This document shows, one piece after another, positions 50,486-62,780 of a stretch of DNA of 64,000 nt. Position numbers and translations under genes: made by a program. The number at the start of each line of letters is the position of its first letter. The stretch's first letter is position 1. The stretch comes from Octopus sinensis (taxonomy: Eukaryota), in contig NC_043017.1 in NCBI RefSeq assembly GCF_006345805.1, positions 6,634,001-6,698,000 on the forward strand, written 5' to 3'. Under the pieces are notes generated by a model, which worked only from the letters and a program-made list of their open reading frames with translations, searched no databases and was not told where the DNA came from.

Positions 50486-52769
50486 TCATCATTGTGATCC
50501 TAATGTCCATTTTCCCATGGTGTCATTGGCTGGACGGTTGGACAGGAACCAACTAAACCGGAGATATGTGTGTGGGGCTTCACTCGGTTCCATTGTCTGT
50601 TTTGATTTGGTTTCTATGGCTGGATGTCTTTCCAAACACCAGCCACTTCACAGAGTGTACTGGGTGCTATTTATATGGCACCAGCACCAGTGAGGTTGCC
50701 AAGTAATTTGTCAGATGAAGAACTGTCATTTGGGAGAGGAAGTGAAACCGAGGAAAGTGACTTTGTGCCAGATGAGAGGTTAGGGTAGAATGGTGGGATG
50801 GAGAAAGGTATCTTAAGATACAGGAGATACAGTTCAAGAGAAGCTGGCAAGTCAGGGAACTGCACCAGGCTCCATTGTCTGATGAGGCATGGTTTCTATG
50901 GCTGGATGTCTTTCGTGACACTAACCACTGGGTGCTTCTTAGGTGGCACCAACAGTGATGAGGTTACTAATGTGTAAGACAAAAGGAAAGGTTTCTCAAC
51001 TTGGAGGAAGTGAGGTGGGTATTGACGGAGGTGACTTTTGTGCCAGGCAGTGAGAGGTTGGAGTATGATAGAGGGAGAGAAACAGGGGTCTTGCTGTGGA
51101 GGGGATACATGGTTACAACAGCCAGAAGAGAGAGAGAGAGAGTCAATGGATGGTGATGAAGAGGTACCATTGTGTACCCTTGAGATACAAGGAATGTAAT
51201 TGGAATGTTACATGTATATACACACACACTCACACACACACAATATGTGTGTGTGTGTGTATAAATATATACGTGTACACTTATATCTAAATAAGAGAGA
51301 GAGATAGATAGGAACATACATGCATAAACAAACAGATAGATAAACAGACAGATAGATAGATAGATTGGCAGACAGACAGATAGATAGATAGATACACAGA
51401 CAGACAGATAGACAGGTTGACAGGCTGATAGACAAACTGACAGAGAGGTAGATAGATAGACAGACAGACAGATAGTTAGATAGACAGCTAGATAGACAGA
51501 CAGACAGATAGATGAGAGATAGATAGGCAGATAGACACACACACACACACACACACTCACACACAGGTAGACACACATATATACTTATGTTAGATACAGT
51601 GAGAGAGACGTAGATGAGTTTTGCAGTGTTAGTTATTGATCTGGCAGGGTAGCGGCATCGATGGCATTTTCTCAATCGGAACAGAAATCATGAAGTGGAA
51701 TAATGAAATGTTTCTGTGAGTCACAGACTTCCAGCAACATTCTTCTGGTGTCTTATCTCTCTCCGTTCCTCCAACGGTCGGTTCATCTCTCCCCCCCCCC
51801 CCGAAACTACAAAAACATAAATATATGTGAATGGCTGTAGAAAGAGAATAGTTACTGGGTCAATGGGCAATTACATCTGGGCTCTGTTCCTACCATTCTT
51901 AAAATTCCTTTTCTCGTCCTCCATAGTTGATACGTGTGTGTGTGTGTGTGTGCACAGGCATACAGGTATTTTCTTATCAACTCTCATTGTTGTATAGGTG
52001 AATTTCTTGACATTCATTCTCTCTCTCTTTCCTCTTCCTTCCCCACCCTTTATTTATCTATATATGTGTGTGTGTGTGTGTGTGCATATAGATAGAGAGA
52101 TAGTTTGAGAGATATATTTATATGCATATATATATACACATATATGCATAAATATGTGTCTATATTTAAATATATATAAAAACATATACATATATATGTA
52201 TGTTTGTATATATATGTGTGTGTGTATATATATATTTGTGTGTGTGTGTGTATAGATAGATAGATAAATAGATAGAGTGATAGAGAAAGATATAATACGT
52301 ATATATATATATCGGTGTTTGTGTACGTCCTGTTCTTGTCACTTTTTTTGTTTTTTTTTGTTTTTTACCCCTCTGCAAAAGAATTTTATTTAATTCATTT
52401 TGCAGGAAGGACTGCTTCGGCCGGATCGTGTTCTGCCCTTACCTTCGAAACACGCATTGAGTCGAACCAGGGGCAGCTGATGAAGGGGAATACTCCTTGT
52501 ATTGTTTGTCTTGTACTCTGTTTATTCCGTTGTTAAAAAAAGTCCGTTTCCTTGATTGATTTTATGTTTTCGTTTCTCGTTGTGTTCTACGTTTATTTGT
52601 GGTGTCCTGTACTCATATATATATATATATATGCATGTATATATACATGTAGATGTAGGTATGTACATATATGTATGTATGCATATGTTTTATTTATTAA
52701 ATTGTTATTATATGACTGAACGCCTCGCGTTGTTTTCTTTTTCTCCAAGTAAGTTTTTATTATATATAC

Positions 52770-52807
<38 letters not shown>

Positions 52808-52964
52808 ATGTATTTAATGTATGTGTGTGTACATGTATCTGTGTTTGTTCCCTCACCATCGCTTGACAGCCAACATTGGTGTGTTTATGTCCCCATAACT
52901 TAGCAGTTTGGCAAAAGAGACCAACAGTATAGTCCTGGGATCTCGGGGGCTGGATTTACTGAAT

Positions 52965-53570
52965 TGTTAGCTCACTGAGCAAAATGGTAAGCAGTATTGT
53001 GTCTGTCTTGATGTTCTGAGTTCAAATTCAGCCAAGGTCAGCTTTGCTTTTCATCCTTTCGGAGTCAATAAAATAAATACCAGTTACACACTGGGGTCAA
53101 TGTAATCAATTTATCCCCTCCCCCAAAAATACTAGTCTTGTACCAAAATTTGAAACCATTATTATTAAAGGCAGCAAACTGGCAGAATCATTAGCACGTC
53201 AGGGGAAGTGCTTAGTGGTATTTTGTCTACTGTTACGTTCTGAGTTCAAATTCCGCCGATGTCGACTTTGCCTTTCATCCTTACGGGGTCGATAAATTAA
53301 GTACCAGTTGCACTGGGGTTGATATAATCGACTTAATCCGTTTGTCTGTCCTTGTCTGTCCCCTCTGTGTTTAGCCCCTTGTGGATAGTAAAGAAATAGG
53401 TATTTTGTCTGTCACTACATTCTCAATTCAAATCCCACCTGGGTCGAGTTTGCCTTTCATCTTTTTGGGGGTCAATTAAATAAGTCCCAGTTACGCATTG
53501 GAGTTGATGTAATTGACTTAATCCTTCCCCCCCAAAAAAAATTTCAGGCCTTGTGTTTCCAATAGAAAGG

Positions 53571-53609
<39 letters not shown>

Positions 53610-53610
53610 G
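52965..53610 (+). mobile_element. Tandem cluster of three SINE B copies ending in (ATT)n
   Basis: Three gagttcaaatt/aattcaaatc..ctttgcctttcatc blocks. Confidence 0.8.
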
Positions 53611-53627
53611 TTATATTTTTTTTCCAG

Positions 53628-53740
53628 CAATTTCTACTGGCTGGGAGAAAAAGAAAGAAAAGTACGACTTCAAATTATTTAATCTCTACCGACCCAACTG
53701 ACCTCTCCCGGGGTGGTGAAGCATACATAGGCAAACTCAG
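53628..53740 (+). CDS. TUB: Tubby domain exon ([38 protein letters not shown])
   Basis: ttttttccag acceptor, CAG|GTAAGA donor; 113 nt, phase 0 to 2. Near-identical to [41 protein letters not shown]. Confidence 0.98.
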
Positions 53741-53749
53741 GTAAGAAGA

Positions 53750-54170
53750 ATTGCTACAACGACACATCACACACTTCAGGTAAACTCCAGAAATACTCTG
53801 CAGAAAATCGCATCAGATACTCCTGGAAAAATCCAAGAATGATTTTTTACAATAGCATATCTGATACTCCTGGCAAACTTCAGTAATACTCTGTACGATG
53901 GCACATTATATAGTCCAGCCAAACTTCAGGAGTTCTGTACAACAGCATATCACATACATACTGCAGATAAACACCATTAATACTTCATACAACAGCACAT
54001 CACATACTCCTGGAAAAATCCATGAATACTCTGTACAACAACACATCACATACTCCAGGTAATCTCCAGCAATACTGAGTACAATAGCACATCACATACA
54101 TAATCCAGGTAAACTCCAAGGATACTCTGTACAACAGCACATGACATACTCTTAGCAAACTCCAGCAAAA
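53750..54170. repeat. Degenerate ~44-bp minisatellite aatactctgtacaacagcacatcacatactcc..aaactcc
   Basis: About nine units; the array resumes at ~55020-55170 after the SINE D cluster. Confidence 0.75.
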
Positions 54171-54995
54171 TGGAGGGGCATGGCTTAGTGTTTAAAGTAT
54201 TGAACCAATAATTGTAAGATTGTGGTTTCAATTCCTGGACTGGGCAATGCATTGTTTTCTTGAGCAAAATACTTCGTTTCACTCTGGAAACAGACTCTCT
54301 TAAATGCCTGGATGTGAAGGTGCATGGCTTAGTGGTTAGGCTATTAAACTCATGATCTTAAGATGGTGGTTTCAATTCCTGGACTGGGCGACGCATTATG
54401 TTCTTGAGCAAAATACTTCGTTTCTCATTGCTCCAGTTCCATTCAGTTGGCAAAAATGAGTAACCCTTCATGGGTTGTATTCCCGTCCGGGTGGGGAATA
54501 CATATGCCATGAAACTATGAAACCAGCACTAGGTGTTTATATGACTCAGGAAAGAACTTCACTTTGTGGAGGTGCATGGCTTAGTGGTTAGGGTGTTGGA
54601 CTAATGATTGCAAGATTGTGGTTTCAATTCCTGGACCACGCAATTGTTGTGGCAAGAGTCATTGACACCCCTAGATTGGAAGAATGGATTAGCCAAACTC
54701 TTATAAAGATTAGTGGTCAGTAGTAGTCAGGAGAGAGCATTTTGTTGGTCTCACGGAGTATGTCGTGTGAAGACATTTATTAAACCTCCACTACGTAATT
54801 TATCTATACCAACCTGTGGCAGGATATGAAAGCAATGTGTTGTGTTCTTGAGCAAGACACTTCATTCCACATTGCTCCAGTCCACTCAGCTAGCAAAAAT
54901 GAATCATCCTGCGACAGACCAGTGTCCCATCCAGGTGGGGCAAGATATACGCCATGGAAACCAGCCCCTTATGAGTCACTATGACTCCAGAAGGT
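54170..54995 (+). mobile_element. Cluster of three SINE D copies inserted in the minisatellite
   Basis: gcatggcttagtg...ggtttcaattcctggac heads at ~54175, ~54320 and ~54570. Confidence 0.75.
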
Positions 54996-55526
54996 AATGT
55001 TACCTTGTTTTTTTTAACAAACTCCAATAATGCTCTGTACAGCAACACATCACATACTCCAGTAATACTCCGTACAATGCATCACATACTCCTGACAAAC
55101 TGGAGTAATACTTCAGGCAGTAACTTATCATATTCTGCAGGCAGACTCTCATAATATTCTGTGTTACAGCACATTACATCCACCGCCACCACTGTCATCA
55201 CCTTCATTTCATGTCTGCTTCCCATGTTGGCATGGGGGACGTGCAGTTCAACAGGATCCAGGGAATCAGAGGAGCTTGTCTTGCTCCAGTGTCTCAGTTT
55301 GGACAGAGTTTCTTTGGCCAATTGCTCTTCTATAGCTGGATGTGCTTCCTAACCCTAACCATTTTACCATTTGTACTGGAGACATTTCTTTGTGGAACCA
55401 ACACTACTGAGGTCACCTTGCCCTCAACAAGTGCAAAAGCATCTACTCACCCCTTCCATGTCTCAGACAAATTCATTAATCATTTTGCAGATTTATTTGA
55501 TTTAACCATTTTTTTTCTTCTTCCAG

Positions 55527-55647
55527 ATCAAATCTATTGGGGACTCAATTTACATTATTCGACAAAGGTTCAAACCCAAAGAGATCTAATAGTTTAGCCA
55601 CCCCTGAAATGGCTGTTACTCGCAGAGAATTAGTTGGTATTGTATAT
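55527..55647 (+). CDS. TUB: Tubby domain exon (SNLLGTQFTLFDKGSNPKRS...RRELVGIVY); absent from the ORF track
   Basis: ttcttcttccag acceptor, TAT|GTAAGT donor; 121 nt, phase 2 to 0. Matches TUB SNLMGTKFTVYDNGVNP...RQELAAVCY. Confidence 0.95.
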
Positions 55648-55887
55648 GTAAGTTGCACACTTTCTGATGTATCTAAAATATTTTCACCTGATGTTTACCT
55701 GTAATTAAAGTATTGTTTTGTTGATTGCAATTTTAATCTTTTTCTATATAGTGTAGGCATGGCCATGGGATTAAGAAGCTCACTGGGGTGGGTCTTTGCC
55801 TCTTTATCTCTCTAAGCAGAGCATGGAGATCAGATAGATAGACAGATGGGTATATAGATAATTAGATATATAAATACATATACAGAT

Positions 55888-56124
55888 AACTTATAAACAA
55901 GGGACAAAAGAAAAAAATTCTAATGCCAAATATGCTGAAAATAGACTTAAATCGTCAATAACCATATAATTCATCACTTATTGCTGACAAGGAGAAAATT
56001 CTTATTTCTGTCGGCTTACTTCAAGACGCATGCTTATATTGATGAATTATATGGCTATTGACGATGTGTCTAGTATCGGCATATTTGGCATTAGAATTTT
56101 TTTCTTTTGCCTTGTTTATAAGTT
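55888..56124. mobile_element. MITE-like element with ~88-bp imperfect inverted arms
   Basis: 55888-55976 pairs with 56040-56124. Confidence 0.7.
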
Positions 56125-56299
56125 GTTTATAAATTTAACTTTTAAAGGTATTTTTTAATATGCTGGCTTTTGATAGAGTTTTTTTCGAAAAATTTTATCC
56201 TATATTAGATGTAATTTTAATACATATTCAGAAAGATAGATTAATAGATATATGGATTCGTGGCTGGCTTTAGAGTGTGACTGGCTCTGTCGAGGCTAG

Positions 56300-56480
56300 A
56301 CTCATAAATCGACATCAGAATCCACAGTCAGTTATGGTCTGGATGGCTGTGACAGCCACTGGAGGGCCTCCCCTCATTTTCGTGCTCTCATGTGTTAAAA
56401 TTAACAGCCAGCAATACATTAGCGACATTCTGGAAGCTGAACTACTTCCATGGATGAATGAGCACCTTCAAGCCATACCG
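56300..56480 (+). mobile_element. Tc1/mariner-superfamily transposase fragment
   Basis: HQNPQSVMVWMAVTATGGPPLIFV...KINSQQYISDILE..LLPW resembles the SVMVW..G..PL.F...KIN...Y..IL catalytic-domain segment. Confidence 0.75.
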
Positions 56481-56801
56481 TAGAATCTCCAACGATCCTC
56501 CACTTTTGTTTTCATTCGGTTTCCTTGTATGTCTCCACTGTCCTGTTTTTGTTCCCAACTTTGACCCTCCATAAATCCCAAATTTTATTTTGACACTTAT
56601 GGGAACAACTGTCTTCAAAGACTCATTGTCGTTCAATGCTTGAAATAAGGAGTAGTTAGACAGCCGACAACTGCTGAAGGGTCGTCGTTCTTTATGTTAC
56701 TTGTCCTGTTGCTTCTTTCGTTGTTTGTGTATTGAACTCCTTTGTTTTTCTATTTCATGATGCTCACTGTTGGTGACGTCTTGTACCCATACATGCATAT
56801 G

Positions 56802-56895
<94 letters not shown>

Positions 56896-57182
56896 AACAG
56901 AGAGATAGATAAAACATATATATCAATCTATCTATCCTGTATCCATCTATCTTCTCTCTCTCTCTCTCTCTCTCTCACTCACTCTCTCTCACTCTCTCTC
57001 TCTCACTCTCTCTCATCCTCTCTCTCTCTCTGTGGTTTTACTCTCTCATTCATTCACTTTTCCCCCCTCCTATTCTCCCTTTCCTCTCCACACCTATCTA
57101 CTTGTCTATCCATCCCTGTTGGCTCCACTCGCTCATCCACTTCTCCCTCTTTCTCTGTCTCTCTCTCTCTCGCCTCTTCCAG

Positions 57183-57281
57183 GATACCAACGTCCTTGGT
57201 TTCAAAGGACCTCGAAAGATGACAGTAATTGTTCCTGGTATGAATCTCAGTCACGAAAGAGTGGAAGTTGTGCCGAATGAT
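57183..57281 (+). CDS. TUB: Tubby domain exon ([33 protein letters not shown]); last exon found in the window
   Basis: cctcttccag acceptor, GAT|GTAAGT donor; 99 nt, phase 0 to 0. Matches TUB [33 protein letters not shown]. Confidence 0.98.
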
Positions 57282-57452
57282 GTAAGTACTTTCTTCTCTG
57301 CTCGTTTTTGTTTCTGCCTTTCACTTCGCCAGATGCCGTCAGACAAGAGACAGATAGACAGACAGACGGGTATATCGACGGTTAGACTTACAGAGACAAA
57401 TGAGTACACTGAGTTAGACATATAAACAGTTGGGTATAGAGACAGTTATATA

Positions 57453-57656
57453 CTCTCTTTACTCTTTTACTTGTTTCAGTCATTTGACTGCAGCCATGCT
57501 GGAGCACCGCCTTTAGTCGAGCAAATCGACCCCGGGACTTATTCTTTGTAAGCCCAGTACTTATTCTATCGGTCTCTTTTGCCGAACCGCTAAGTAACGG
57601 GGACATAAACACACCAGCATCGGTTGTCAAGCAATGCTAGGGGGACAGACACACAA

Positions 57657-57708
<52 letters not shown>

Positions 57709-57978
57709 TATATAAATGAAAGAATGGAGTCGAACGAAGATGTTAACAAAATTCCTTTACATATGTCGAGAGTAAAGGAATTTTGTTAACATCTTCGTTC
57801 GACTCCATTCTTTCATTCATTCATATACAACACACAAATTTCTGCAAATGAACCCAGAGTTTCTACCCTTGACAGGTCGCTTCAACCGTGTTTTCTGACG
57901 TGAATTTGCTACCCAGGTTTCGGTTAAACGAATTTTCCATGCTGACGATAAACATAGGATAATTCATTCACCTACTTG

Positions 57979-58010
<32 letters not shown>

Positions 58011-58149
58011 TACGACAGGCTTCTTTCAGTTTCCGTCTACTAAATCCACTCACAAGGCATTGGTCGGCCCAAGGCTATAGCAGAAGGCACTTGCCCAAGA
58101 TGCCATGCAATGGGACTGAACCCGGAACCATGTGGTTGGTAAGCAAGCT
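57453..58149 (-). mobile_element. SINE family A, interrupted in its internal (TA)n by a second element
   Basis: Tail at 57453 and head at ~58149; the 57715-57976 element sits inside the TA tract. Confidence 0.85.
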
Positions 58150-58432
58150 ACTTACCACACAGCCACTCATGTAGATAGTTAAATAATTATATAGGCAGAT
58201 AGGGGTATAGATTTACCCGTAAATTTGAAACATTTATATTAATTTAGCATTAGAATTCTTCAAGTTGTATAAAAATAGTTATTGTCTGCATCATTTGAAA
58301 GAGAAATAAATTCTGCATAAGATGGAAACGATAAAAATAATTTGTATGGTGTTAGTAACAAAATATTTTGTAAGAAATAGAACTTTTATCAATAATAAAT
58401 CTTAGAGCAAGTTATAAACAGTAGCTGCAACA

Positions 58433-58661
58433 CATCGTCACATATATTTGCCATTTAAATATGGCTAACCCCTAAGGGTGGATGCTACTGTAGTTTGTAG
58501 CCCCAGGAGGACACCTCCTCCAGCTGGCTTTAGACACACTTTCTGTGCCCTATCAGTGTGTCTAAAGCTAGCTGGGGAGGTGTCCTCCTGGGGCTACAAA
58601 CTACAGTAGCATCCACCCTTAGGGGTTAGCCATATTTAAATGGCAAATATACGTCACGATG
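58433..58661. repeat. Near-perfect ~108-bp-arm inverted repeat (same family as 28963-29255)
   Basis: Arms 58433-58540 and 58555-58661, 14-nt loop. Confidence 0.9.
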
Positions 58662-59774
58662 AGAACTTTTATCATCGGTCTTAAATTTATTTTCGCCAGT
58701 GTAGATATACAGATAGATAGATTAATAGATATATGGATGGACAGATATCTGTCTCTTTAATCTATCTAGGTGGGGTAAGGAGATCAGGTAGACAAAATCT
58801 GGTAGGTGTGTTGATATGTGATTGTAGCTGCTTAAGCACAACATGCACACGCACACATACACACTTGTGTGTACACACCTACACAGTGAAGTGCAATTTC
58901 ATTTTTAATTTTGATTGCGTACATTTGCCGTATTCTTCCTTTTTTTATGTATGTGTATGCAGGTGTGTTTCTGTGTGATATGTGTGTGTGTGTGTGTGCT
59001 TGTGTGTATGGTGTGTGTATGTGTGTGTGTGTAAAATACAGAAGATAGTTAATCAGTCGTAAAAGTTATATAACGGACTTGAGGCCAAGAGTTTCATGAC
59101 TTGCACTTATCTGACAAACTAAAAATGAAATTACAAATTCACTCATTCCAGATCCTAAAGTATGTTTTAAGTGCAATACTTGAAACTCTACCTTTGACTT
59201 ACTTATTTAACTTTATAACTGATTAAATCTATACAGATACTGGTACATGCTCAGTACTATTTCCCCTGGTACAGCTGTGTGGTAAGAAGCTTGCTTCCCA
59301 ACCACATGATTCTGGGTTCAGTCCCACTGCATGACACTTTGGGCAAGTGTCTTCTACTTTAGCCTTGGGCCAACCAAAGCCTTGTGAGGACCTCAGCTTT
59401 CTTGACGGAGTCTGAATGATAGGAGATGCTGAGAACGATCATGATTTCTCTGACGAATAAAATAGTAAAAGCAGATGAGATTGTGTTATACATGATTTCC
59501 TAAGACTAGAAATTTTGAAGGCCTTCATAAGTAAACAAAAACAGAAAATTATAATAAAATATTTACATTGTGTGCATCTCTTTCCTTATTTTTTAAATTT
59601 TAAATTCAAGTTTCTAATCCCACCAAATATTATGAAGAAAGGGTTTTCTCCCTTGCATTGGTGCATTCCATATGTTTGAAATACAATACTCGTACATTTT
59701 AAACATATTTTCGAGGAATAAAAATCTTTGTCAAGATTAACACATAAGTCAGACATCATACTGTTAGTGAGAGG

Positions 59775-60160
59775 GCTGCGAGCTGGCAGAAACGTTAGCA
59801 CGTCAGGCGAAATGCTTTGCAGTATTTTGTCTGCAATTATGTTCTGAGTTCAAATTCCACCGAGGTCGACTTTGCCTTTCATCCTTTCAGGGTCGGTTAA
59901 ATAAGTACCAGTTACGCACTGGTGTCGATATGATTGACTTAATCCATCTGTCTGTCTTTGTTTGTCCTCTCTGTGTTTAGCCCCTTGTGGGTAGTAAAGA
60001 AATAGGTATTTCTGAGTGCAAATTATACCAAGGTTAACTTTTGCCTTTCATTCTTTCGGGGTTGAGAAATTAAGTACCAGTGGTACATTGGAGTCGATGT
60101 AATCAACAAGTGCCCTTCCACCAAATTTCAGGCCTTGTACCTAGAGTAGAAAGGATTGTT
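59775..60160 (+). mobile_element. SINE B plus an adjacent partial copy
   Basis: Family B head, body and tail, then a second gcctttcattctttcggg block. Confidence 0.8.
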
Positions 60161-60388
60161 ATCAGTGAGTACAAACATGACTAACAATGCACTAAAGTCC
60201 AGTATAATTTCATTACATAGAAGCGCTGTGTGTTCCACCCACATTCAACAAGAAAACTTCTCACAAACTCTACCACATCAAACCAAACTACATCTCTAAT
60301 TCTCTTCTCTTCCTCGCATTTCCACTTCATGCACTACACTTACCTCCCACTCCCAAGTCCTGCCCTCTTAGACCTGTCTCACTGTATC

Positions 60389-60603
60389 TATTTCTTTACT
60401 ACCCACAAGGGGCTAAACACAGAAGGGACAAACGGATTAAGTCGATTATATCGACCCCAGTGCGTAACTGGTACTTATTTAATCGACCCCGAAAGGATGA
60501 AAGGCAAAGTCAACCTCGGCGGAATTTGAACTCTGAACATAGAGACAGATGAAATATCACTTAGCATTTCGCCCGGCGTGCTAACGTTTCTGCCAGCTCA
60601 CCG
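60389..60603 (-). mobile_element. SINE family B with 16-bp TSD
   Basis: cctgtctcactgtatc at 60373-60388 and 60604-60619. Confidence 0.9.
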
Positions 60604-60644
60604 CCTGTCTCACTGTATCATTGTTATCTGGTAGCCCCAACCTG

Positions 60645-60795
60645 AGTGTTCCACCCACATGCCCTGTCTCACTTCATCATTCCTATCCACTAGCCCCACC
60701 CCCCTAACCTGTGTGTTCCACCCACATGCCCTGTCTCACTTCATCATTCCTATCCACTAGCCCCACCCCCCTAACCTGTGTGTTCCACCCACACA
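60645..60795. repeat. ~66-bp tandem duplication
   Basis: gtgttccacccacatgccctgtctcacttcatcattcctatccactagccccaccccctaacct occurs twice. Confidence 0.85.
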
Positions 60796-61305
60796 TAACA
60801 AGAAAACTTTTCACTCACCCTACCCCAACAAACCAATCTACATCTCTACTCTTCCTCACATTTCCTCCTCCACACACCATGCCTACCTCTCACTCCCCAA
60901 TCCAGTCCTCATGGTCATGTTCCTCTGTATCATTGCTATCCAATTGCCCTCCCCCCTACTCTATATACGCCCAGGCTTTCGACACTTCCCCGCCTCTGCA
61001 CTCTCTAATCACACTTCCTCACAATACCCTGCCACTTATGTCATGATGTTCAAACCCCGAGGCTATACCCTGGCACTTACCACCATCTATATCTCTCTCC
61101 CTACCTTTACTCAACCATCCAATTTATATTCTGACCCCGTCTCTTGTGAGTATGCCCCACACTTTGCCACCATCTCTCTCATCAGAATCCATCCAGCGGT
61201 TCTTGAGGTATCTTGTCCACGGACAAACAAACAAACACGACTGAAAACAATACCTCCGCCTTCACTAAGGCAGAAGTAATAAGAATAACAATAATAATAA
61301 TAATA

Positions 61306-61470
61306 GGCGCAGGAGTGGCTGTGTGGTAAGTAGCTTGTTTACCAACCACCTGGTTCCGGGTTCACTCCCACTGTGTGGCACCTTGGGCAAGTGTCTTCTA
61401 TTATAGCCTCGGGCCAACCAAAGCCTTGTGAGTGGATTTGGTAGACGGAAACTGAAAGAAGCCCGTTATA

Positions 61471-61525
<55 letters not shown>

Positions 61526-61740
61526 TTGTGCGTCTGTGTTTGTCCCCCTAGCATTGCTTGACAACCGATGTGGGTGTGTTTATGTCCCCGTTACTTAGCG
61601 GTTCAGCAAAAGAGACCGATAGAAAAAGTACTGGGCTTACAAAGAATAAGTCCTGGGGTTGAGTTGCTCGATTAAAGGCGGTGCTCCAGCATGGCCGCAG
61701 TCAAATGACTGAAACAACTAAAAGATAAAGATAAAAGAAT
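61306..61740 (+). mobile_element. SINE family A (full length)
   Basis: Complete head, internal microsatellite and tail. Confidence 0.85.
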
Positions 61741-62493
61741 AATAATAATAATAATTCGTTCATTTATTGGCCACAAGGGCTAAAAAAAATCAATTAAAAC
61801 GTAAAGGGACAAAACACAGGACGAAAATTACAAAGGGTTTTGTCCATTTGAAAAAGGTCCGTGTACAAAAGCAGGATGACAACGAAATGTAAATAACAAT
61901 TAAAACTCCCAATAGGGGGAGGTGCTAATAATAATGAATAATTAAATAATTAAGTTAATAATCAACCTGATCTATGTCTTAGATTACTTTTTACGCCATT
62001 CCCTAATATGTTTACTGCGTGCACTTATCTTACGAAGGACACAGCTTTTTATCTAAAATCTCATTATGATTATTATTGTCGTCATGATTACTAATTATTA
62101 TTGTTATTATCATCGTTGTTATTATCGTTTTTGCCCTAATTTCTGCTGCTGTCACACCATATTAACAAGGTAAACTTTGATCTTTCCGCTATGATGTGCG
62201 ATTGAAACAAATTTAGGAAAAGAGACACAAAACAATAAAAAACAAAAGAACTGCGCATTAGCTCGTCCGGTTTGTGTTCGGTTGCACTTGCAGTGCTGAA
62301 AATAAAATGTAAAAAAACTGTCCTGCCACGGTGCCATAGAACCATGTGACTACTTGTGGCACTGCTGAAGACTTGGTCTTTTGTTTAATGTATCGGTTTC
62401 TTTAGCCCTCCCCCCCCCTCCCCATTGACTTTAGTTGTTTGGAGTAAGGAACTGAATTCAGTTCTTTAAACCAATATAATGTCTTTGGTACAC

Positions 62494-62780
62494 CGTGTGT
62501 GTGTGTGTGTTTGAGTAGCACTTGGTGTGTGTGTGTGTGTTTGAGTAGCACTTGGTGTGTGTGTGTGTGTTTGAGTAGCACTTGGTGTGTGTGTGTGTGT
62601 GTTTGAGTAGCACTTGGTGTGTGTGTGTGTGTTTGAGTAGCACTTGGTGTGTGTGTGTGTTTGAGTAGCACTTGGTGTGTGTGTGTGTGTTTGAGTAGCA
62701 CTTGGTGTGTGTGTGTGTGTTTGAGTAGCACTTGGTGTGTGTGTGTGTGTTTGAGTAGCACTTGGTGTGTGTGTGTGTGT
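62494..62780. repeat. ~30-bp minisatellite ttgagtagcacttg(gt)n, nine units
   Basis: Direct reading; invariant core with variable (GT) number. Confidence 0.95.

Noticed and set aside
52440-52490. GAAAC...GTC...CTGATGA hammerhead-like motif order (also ~22930-22980 minus and ~56640-56680)
   Set aside because: Stem I does not pair and stem III is at most 2 bp; no coherent fold. These blocks are probably related repeat fragments.
54646-54830. Insertion within a SINE D with minus-strand AATAAA, possibly a solo LTR
   Set aside because: Termini and TSD are ambiguous; single copy in the window.
62494-62780. Regularly spaced identical 14-mers resembling a CRISPR array
   Set aside because: The intervening sequence is plain (GT)n rather than unique spacers; it is a minisatellite.
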